Of a DNA stretch of 62,946 nt, positions 57,437 through 62,946 are shown piece by piece. This stretch comes from Pirellula sp. (lineage in GTDB: Bacteria; Planctomycetota; Planctomycetia; Pirellulales; Pirellulaceae). The DNA is taken from assembly GCA_031361585.1 (NCBI GenBank), contig JANLRK010000672.1, forward strand, positions 1 through 62,946. Direction: 5' to 3'. Position 1 is the stretch's first letter, and each line of letters opens with the position of its first letter. The notes beneath the pieces are model-generated. The model was given only the letters and a program-made list of their open reading frames with translations. It ran no database searches and was not told where the DNA came from. The translations under genes and the position numbers were made by a program.

Positions 57437-59239
57437 CTAGGTGTCGACACCAGAACTATTGGGTGCAAGCGGTACTTTGTTTTGTTTGGTTTCGGTCTTT
57501 TCACGCCAAGGTTCTTTTTTGCGATAGCTTTCAAGTTCAGCTTCCAATTGTTCCAGTTGTGCTTCGTGGCTTTCTCGACCAAGCTCCACAGCTTTTTCCG
57601 ACCATTCCACTGCCTTGTCGAATTGACCTGTTTCGGCGTAGGCAGCGGCGAGGGTACTCAGAATATGTGGTCTCTTGTAGTCGGTCAGCATGCATGCTTC
57701 TAATCCGAGTTCCAATGCCCGCTTGCCGTCTCGGACATCAGGTACAAGGCTCGTCGATAGCGTCCATGACAAGTTGTTTAAAATGTCAGACCGCTCCTTA
57801 TTGTTGTCCTTTGGCAATAGTTCCAATGCTTTTTCAAAATCGGATATTGCCTTGGAGTAGTCTTTCATGGCTAGCAGCGTGTCTCCTCGCAGCGAATAGG
57901 CTAACCAATACTCCGAATCATGCTTGATTATCTGACTAAATACTTTGATCGCTTCGTTTTGGCGGTCATCCAGTGAGTAGAGCAGTCCAAGATCCAATAG
58001 CAGTTCCAGATTTGGCTCCTCCTTTGGTTGATTCTTTATAATCAGACGCATGTCTGCGATCGCGTCTCCGTACCGTTTCTGTTCCCGTGCAATAGTCGCT
58101 CGCAAGAGAATCGAACCGATTTTGTCTGGCGCCAATTCGATGGCTGTATCGACATCCTTTCGCGCCGCTTCGAGATCTTTGGCATCAAGGGCGACTTTCG
58201 CTCGCGTTAATAAACCGTCGATGTCATTTTTCGCCAATTCTAGGGCTCGGTCCAGATCTGCTTTTGCCAAGGCTGATTCCTTGTTCAGAGCGTGAACTTT
58301 TCCTCGCATCTTCAATAGCGCGGCAGAATTAGGTAGAAGCTTTAATTTGTCATTTAGCAAACCCAGGGCATCCTTGAACCGATCTGGGGTCGATGCCAAT
58401 AGTTCTGCAGTGCTTTGAATGATGAGTTCATTTTCGGGGTTCGAGTCAAGCACTTTTTGAAAGAACTCCAATGCCTCATCTGTCTGGTCATTTCGAGCCA
58501 TGCTTTGCACCAGAATCGCAATGCCGGCTTGATTGTTTGGGTTGTAGTTGATGGATTTCTTCAAGTCTGAAATAGCTTCATCGGAATCGGGTTGCAGACC
58601 TGCTCGCATCATCAATAGTCTGCTTAATTTGGCTTTCACTTCGGGTTCGGCAAGTTTGGAATCAACCGTCGGCATCAACGCAGCAATCCCATCATTTGCG
58701 ACATCCCTAGCCGCAGCTGGATCTTTAAGCGAAGCATGCAATTCCACCTTCATCAAATATGCGTCAGCGAGCAATGGATCAAAATGGATTGCTTCGGCCA
58801 GATCTTGCAAAAAGTCGTTCAATCGCTTGTTGATCTTGGAACGCGGCATACCCGGCGCAATCGTGCGAATGCCTTCTTGGGTCTTCTGCAAATACGAAGC
58901 AGCAATCATCTTCTTTGCCGCCTCCAGATCATTCTTGTCGAGCCCTTTTTCAACCGCAGATTTTGCAAGAGAAATAATCTCTTTGAGCGTGTCGACGGAA
59001 TCGATATTCAATCTAAGCCGGCAGGCTTCTTCGAAGTCTTGATCGCCATCGAACGCTTTAGGTACTTCGATTTCCAGAGGCTTTTTGGTAACCGGGGCCT
59101 GCGTCGGTGGTTCTTGTGCGTGGACAGGGACAGCAATGAATAGCGTCCCGGTCAGCAAAATCCCAACCAGCCAACGTCGGCGTATTTTGATCAACTTGTG
59201 CTGAACCGTTAGCGGCAGATTATTCTTGCATTGCGTCAT
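57437..59239 (-). CDS. Exported TPR-repeat protein
   Basis: Signal peptide (VHA|Q), many A..D...AL.L.P repeats, NNLSW.L.T....RDG..A, STLAAAYAE.G.F..A. Confidence 0.88.
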   Translation of the reverse strand: MTQCKNNLPLTVQHKLIKIRRRWLVGILLTGTLFIAVPVHAQEPPTQAPVTKKPLEIEVPKAFDGDQDFEEACRLRLNIDSVDTLKEIISLAKSAVEKGLDKNDLEAAKKMIAASYLQKTQEGIRTIAPGMPRSKINKRLNDFLQDLAEAIHFDPLLADAYLMKVELHASLKDPAAARDVANDGIAALMPTVDSKLAEPEVKAKLSRLLMMRAGLQPDSDEAISDLKKSINYNPNNQAGIAILVQSMARNDQTDEALEFFQKVLDSNPENELIIQSTAELLASTPDRFKDALGLLNDKLKLLPNSAALLKMRGKVHALNKESALAKADLDRALELAKNDIDGLLTRAKVALDAKDLEAARKDVDTAIELAPDKIGSILLRATIAREQKRYGDAIADMRLIIKNQPKEEPNLELLLDLGLLYSLDDRQNEAIKVFSQIIKHDSEYWLAYSLRGDTLLAMKDYSKAISDFEKALELLPKDNNKERSDILNNLSWTLSTSLVPDVRDGKRALELGLEACMLTDYKRPHILSTLAAAYAETGQFDKAVEWSEKAVELGRESHEAQLEQLEAELESYRKKEPWREKTETKQNKVPLAPNSSGVDT

Positions 59240-59371
59240 TTCGAAACCTGGTCGTTCAAAGAATGTCGATTGAGTGCATTCGCTCGAGAAATTCTCGCGG
59301 TTGATGCTACTGGTGATTCAACTAGCATTGTAGCGTCTAGGCTATGACGAAAGAAAGTTCGGATTGGATGA

Positions 59372-59845
59372 CTATTCTTCAGAAAAACTTGCAGGTACGT
59401 TGGCTCTAGCATCAGGCCAGGCCGCAACCGGTCTGCCTAAAAACTCCAAAAAGGGCTTAATTTTCCTAGCAACTTCTAACTGTTTGGGTTGAGCCGCGAA
59501 ATATGCGTACGCTCTTATTTGCATCGGCGAGGACTCTGGCCCCATAAATTCCGCATTCACTATTTGCCGAATGTATTCGTTGTTTTCCCTTGAACTAACG
59601 TATCCTTCAATCTGGTCCAGCTCAACAATCGTCGGTTCCATGTCCTTTTGATTGAATTCCCATATTTCACCAAGGACCCAATGCTTGCCTGGCGTTGCTG
59701 CGGGATAAGGACCAAGATCAAACAAGTCCGACTGAATGGAACCAACCATTATTCGGAGGGGTTTACAGGGCCATAGCCCACCGCGAAGGTATGATTTCTT
59801 GAGGGTCCCATAAACGAAAAAGGCATTTACATCATGTCTCTCCAT
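59372..59845 (-). CDS. Gamma-glutamylcyclotransferase (AIG2-like)
   Basis: FVYGTLK, L.DLGPYPA, V.GE, LD.IEG, Y.R. Confidence 0.9.
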   Translation of the reverse strand: MERHDVNAFFVYGTLKKSYLRGGLWPCKPLRIMVGSIQSDLFDLGPYPAATPGKHWVLGEIWEFNQKDMEPTIVELDQIEGYVSSRENNEYIRQIVNAEFMGPESSPMQIRAYAYFAAQPKQLEVARKIKPFLEFLGRPVAAWPDARANVPASFSEE

Positions 59846-59850
59846 GTTGA

Positions 59851-60078
59851 CTAAGCCCGCTGCGTTCGCAAATCACAATCGCGGCGAGATAATAGAGTAC
59901 GCACGATTTCGTCGGCAGACGAGCCCATTTCTAGCATCTCCAACTTTACTTTATTGTCGGTTTTGTTCTTTTGCATTTTCAGCCAAAACTCGTACCCTTT
60001 TGGTGCGGCAGCCATAAGAACGATCATCGCAAAAAGCATCGCAAAGCCATGGTCTTGGATATTAGTAAATGGTTTCAT
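59851..60078 (-). CDS. Small membrane protein
   Basis: TM helix, then K.EML..G.SADEI.R.L. Confidence 0.6.
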   Translation of the reverse strand: MKPFTNIQDHGFAMLFAMIVLMAAAPKGYEFWLKMQKNKTDNKVKLEMLEMGSSADEIVRTLLSRRDCDLRTQRA

Positions 60079-60337
60079 CTCTCATTTCCTTGCACTTTGT
60101 ATTGCCGCGTAGTAACGTCGCGTAAAATCTGGTTTGAGCTCCACTCGGAATTCGCATTCAGCAAGCGAATATTGGTGCGGAATTATGCCTCTTGGAATGG
60201 CATCGCAAATCCCGAACCCAAGATGAACCGAACCATGCGCAATTTGTGTGACGCCCAATGTCGGATTGGACACTCGTTTTTTTCATCACTTTGTACGATA
60301 GAGTTTCCTAATGGTTACGAACATTTTGTTCAAATTT

Positions 60338-60484
60338 CGGCGTCGATCTTAAGGCGGGCCGATTTAAATCGTAGCGGAAGCTGTCAAAGCTTTCGTGAAT
60401 GCTGGACGCCAACGAAATGCTTGACGCATTCCGCTACCCGGGAACGCTAGCGAAAGTGTCTCGCGGCCCAGCTTAAGATTGACG
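60338..60484 (+). repeat. 147-bp nested-palindrome (MITE/REPIN-like) element, copy 2
   Basis: Outer arms 60341-60361 / 60464-60484; inner REP arms 60371-60395 / 60413-60437; inverted copy at 12101-12247. Confidence 0.9.
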
Positions 60485-60485
60485 T

Positions 60486-61085
60486 CTACAAACAATCTAC
60501 AAATCTGACGATCTGATGATGGATTTGCATTATGTCTTGGTCAGCATTGACGACCAGTGACTTGCCGCCGGCATTCAAGATTTGATGCAAGAAGCCGTTT
60601 CGGACGAGTCGAAAGTATTCGATGCCGCGTTTTTCAAGTCGATCAAGGCCCCGTTTCAATCGCTTCACCGCAATCTCGGGATCAATGTCGAGCACGATGG
60701 TTGCATCCGGTGCGAGGCCTCCTGTCGCACACTTGCCTACCGACCAGAGTTCGTCCACATCCAATCCGCCGGCGACACCTTGATACACAATATTTGCGAG
60801 CAGGAACCGATCGCAAATTACAGTGAAACCAGATCGGAGCGCAGGTCGAAGCTGTTCGTCAACAAGCTGCGCTCTGGCTGCCATGTAGAGAAGCATCTCC
60901 GATGTACTGGCAATCGGAATGTCCTCGCGATGCAACAGGATCTCTCGGATCGATTCGCCAAGTTTTGTTGAACCTGGATCGCGGAAGCAAACGACGTTTG
61001 CCCCCTTGGATTCAAGATACTGGCGTAGCAAATCTATTTGGGTCGATTTGCCCGCGCCGTCGATACCATCCAATGAAATAAACAT
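60486..61085 (-). CDS. tmk: Thymidylate kinase; start reassigned to ATG 61085
   Basis: FISLDGIDGAGKSTQ, RDPG.T, EMLLYMAARAQ, CDRF....YQG, PD.T.VLD. Confidence 0.95.
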   Translation of the reverse strand: MFISLDGIDGAGKSTQIDLLRQYLESKGANVVCFRDPGSTKLGESIREILLHREDIPIASTSEMLLYMAARAQLVDEQLRPALRSGFTVICDRFLLANIVYQGVAGGLDVDELWSVGKCATGGLAPDATIVLDIDPEIAVKRLKRGLDRLEKRGIEYFRLVRNGFLHQILNAGGKSLVVNADQDIMQIHHQIVRFVDCL

Positions 61086-62946
61086 TACAAAGCAAACGCT
61101 TCCGCATCTTCCTTGGGGGCAATTTGATATCCATGCGGTTCCATCGAGCAACCCGCACGGCCCTGGCTTAGCGAGCGGATCGCGCTAGAATATCCGAACA
61201 ATTCTTTGAGGGGGGCCAAGGCGGTAATGCTTGCGGTTGATCCACGCGTTTCAGTTCGCTCGATCAGTCCGCGACGCTGTTGAAGGTCTCCCACGATTTC
61301 TCCCATGTAGTCCGGGGGAGTCGTGATCTCCATCTTCATCACAGGCTCAAGCAAAGTGGGGCCTCCCGCTTTCAAGCCTTCGTCAAACGCATCATTCGCC
61401 GCGATCTTGAAAGCAACTTCATCGGAGCCCGCTTCGGCAATTTCGCCACCGAGAATGCTGATTCGCATACCAGTCAATGGGAACGAGCCAATTAGCCCGC
61501 CACCCTCGGATCGATTTTTGAGTTCTTCCAGTGCCGCTTGACGAAGGCTTTCGGGCAACATTTTTTCGATTGGGGTTCGATCGAGAACTATGACTTTAGC
61601 TGATACGTCTTCAAGTGGTTCAAATCGCACCTGCAATCTTGCAAACAATTGTTGCGAACCGACCTGTCGATTGCATTCTCCAGTCACTTCGGTAACACTT
61701 CCGACCGTTTCTCGGTAACTTACACGCGGTTTATAAAATTTGACGTTGAGATGGTAGTCGCGAACGAGGCTATTCTTGATTACCTCCAAATGCAGTTCTC
61801 CCATCCCGCTTATGAGTGTTTGTCCAGACTCTGCATTTTCAATCGCGTGGAACGTAGGGTCTTGTCGTTTCCGCATCTCCAGGACTTCTGCCAACTTCTT
61901 TCGCTCCGTTGCGTTTTCGGGCTCAATGGCCATCGAGATCACCGATTGAGCAAACTGGATTGATGGCAACTCGATCATGTCACGCGTGTCGCACAGAGTA
62001 TCACCTGTAATCGAATCGCGCGGGCCAATGATAAGAGCGATGTCGCCGCACTCAAGCGTCTCAATTTGTCCCTGACGTTCGCGTTTGGTTGCATGAATCT
62101 GCCATAATTGCGCTACGTTTTCTTTTTTGTCGCGATTGGGATTGTACACTCGCGAGTTCGAATCGAGCCGGCCGGAATAGACCCGTATCCAGAACATGTC
62201 ACCCGTCTTGGCCGGTAAGACCTTAAATACGAGAGCGCAAAAGGGGTCTTTGGGATCGGGTTTGCGTTGCAGCGTTTTGTCTCGTTTCTTAGGATCGACT
62301 CCCATTACGGGCGGTCGATCCAATGGACAGGGGAGATAGGATGCGACGCCGTCTAAGAGTGGCTGTACGCCCGCACCATGTAGCGCAGAGCCACAAAGAA
62401 CCGGCTGAAGCTTCAGCGATACGCACGCTTCTCTCAAGGCCTTGCGGATCAAGTCATTTGGAATTGGTTTTTCGTCCATTGCCAATTCCATCATCTCACT
62501 GTTGTGGAGATACAGTTTTTCAAGCAACACGTTTCGCCAATCCATCGCGTCGCTCAGGAGCTCCTTTGGAATATCCTCCACAAGTACCGTCTTGCCTTGA
62601 TCCTCTTTACTGAACCGAAGCAGCTTCAATTCGATAAGATCGATGATGCCTTGGAAGGGGTCGTTGGTATGACCGGGACCTTGGCCGACCGGAATCTGGA
62701 TCGCGACCGGGTCTGCATTGAGGCGTGGTCCAATCTCCTCTAGAACCCGATAGAAGTCGGCCCCTTCGCGATCTAGCTTGTTAATGAAAACGATGCGTGG
62801 GACCGCATACTTGTTGGCTTGTCTCCAGACGGTCTCGCTCTGTGCCTCGACCCCTTCTCGAGCGCTGAAAACCACCACCGCGCCATCCAGGACTCGCAAG
62901 CAACGTTCGACTTCGGCGGTGAAGTCAACGTGACCAGGCGTATCCA
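61085..62946 (-). CDS. fusA: Elongation factor G (5' end beyond the window)
   Basis: The frame continues to the window edge: DTPGHVDFTAEVERCLRVLDG, NKLDR, GMGELHLEV, P.VSYRET, LLEPVM, LFGYS..IRS.SQGR. Confidence 0.93.
   Translation of the reverse strand, partial: DTPGHVDFTAEVERCLRVLDGAVVVFSAREGVEAQSETVWRQANKYAVPRIVFINKLDREGADFYRVLEEIGPRLNADPVAIQIPVGQGPGHTNDPFQGIIDLIELKLLRFSKEDQGKTVLVEDIPKELLSDAMDWRNVLLEKLYLHNSEMMELAMDEKPIPNDLIRKALREACVSLKLQPVLCGSALHGAGVQPLLDGVASYLPCPLDRPPVMGVDPKKRDKTLQRKPDPKDPFCALVFKVLPAKTGDMFWIRVYSGRLDSNSRVYNPNRDKKENVAQLWQIHATKRERQGQIETLECGDIALIIGPRDSITGDTLCDTRDMIELPSIQFAQSVISMAIEPENATERKKLAEVLEMRKRQDPTFHAIENAESGQTLISGMGELHLEVIKNSLVRDYHLNVKFYKPRVSYRETVGSVTEVTGECNRQVGSQQLFARLQVRFEPLEDVSAKVIVLDRTPIEKMLPESLRQAALEELKNRSEGGGLIGSFPLTGMRISILGGEIAEAGSDEVAFKIAANDAFDEGLKAGGPTLLEPVMKMEITTPPDYMGEIVGDLQQRRGLIERTETRGSTASITALAPLKELFGYSSAIRSLSQGRAGCSMEPHGYQIAPKEDAEAFAL

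Noticed and set aside
60082-60450. ORFs 60082-60273(-) and 59971-60450(+)
   Set aside because: No recognisable motifs; the + ORF overlaps another gene and runs through the 147-bp repeat.

Overview
Bacterial chromosomal window, most consistent with a planctomycete (Pirellulaceae-like). This is inferred from H4MPT/methanofuran-pathway genes, TPR/ExbBD clusters and the REP types seen. It has three parts. (i) 1-11 kb: an IS4 (IS50/Tn5-like) transposase gene embedded between two inverted REP-like arms, then NIPSNAP, an IGHMBP2-like helicase, queA-mfnF-mfnE-like genes, nfeD and ilvB. (ii) About 11.3-31 kb: an accessory general-stress region (GSP26-like, DUF1328, CsbD, YqjE/ElaB-like, YciF/DUF892, AI-2E, two hybrid histidine kinases, a HAD-ATPase fusion and a TerC-CBS-PTS EIIA fusion). 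At least five sigma54 -24/-12 motifs sit in front of its genes. It ends with a pore-less voltage-sensor-like protein and a Ser/Thr kinase. (iii) 31-63 kb: mostly core genes, namely an exbB-exbD-exbD plus TPR cluster, larC, a type-B rpmJ missing from the ORF track, DoxX plus a Tat oxidoreductase, holB, moxR, tsaE, terC, an FAD oxidase-mnmM-tgt cluster, slyX, tmk and a 5'-truncated fusA. A 147-bp nested-palindrome element occurs twice, about 48 kb apart, and several other REP/STRR-type repeats are present. No rRNA, tRNA or CRISPR array was recognised. All calls come from motif reading by eye; no database searches were run.
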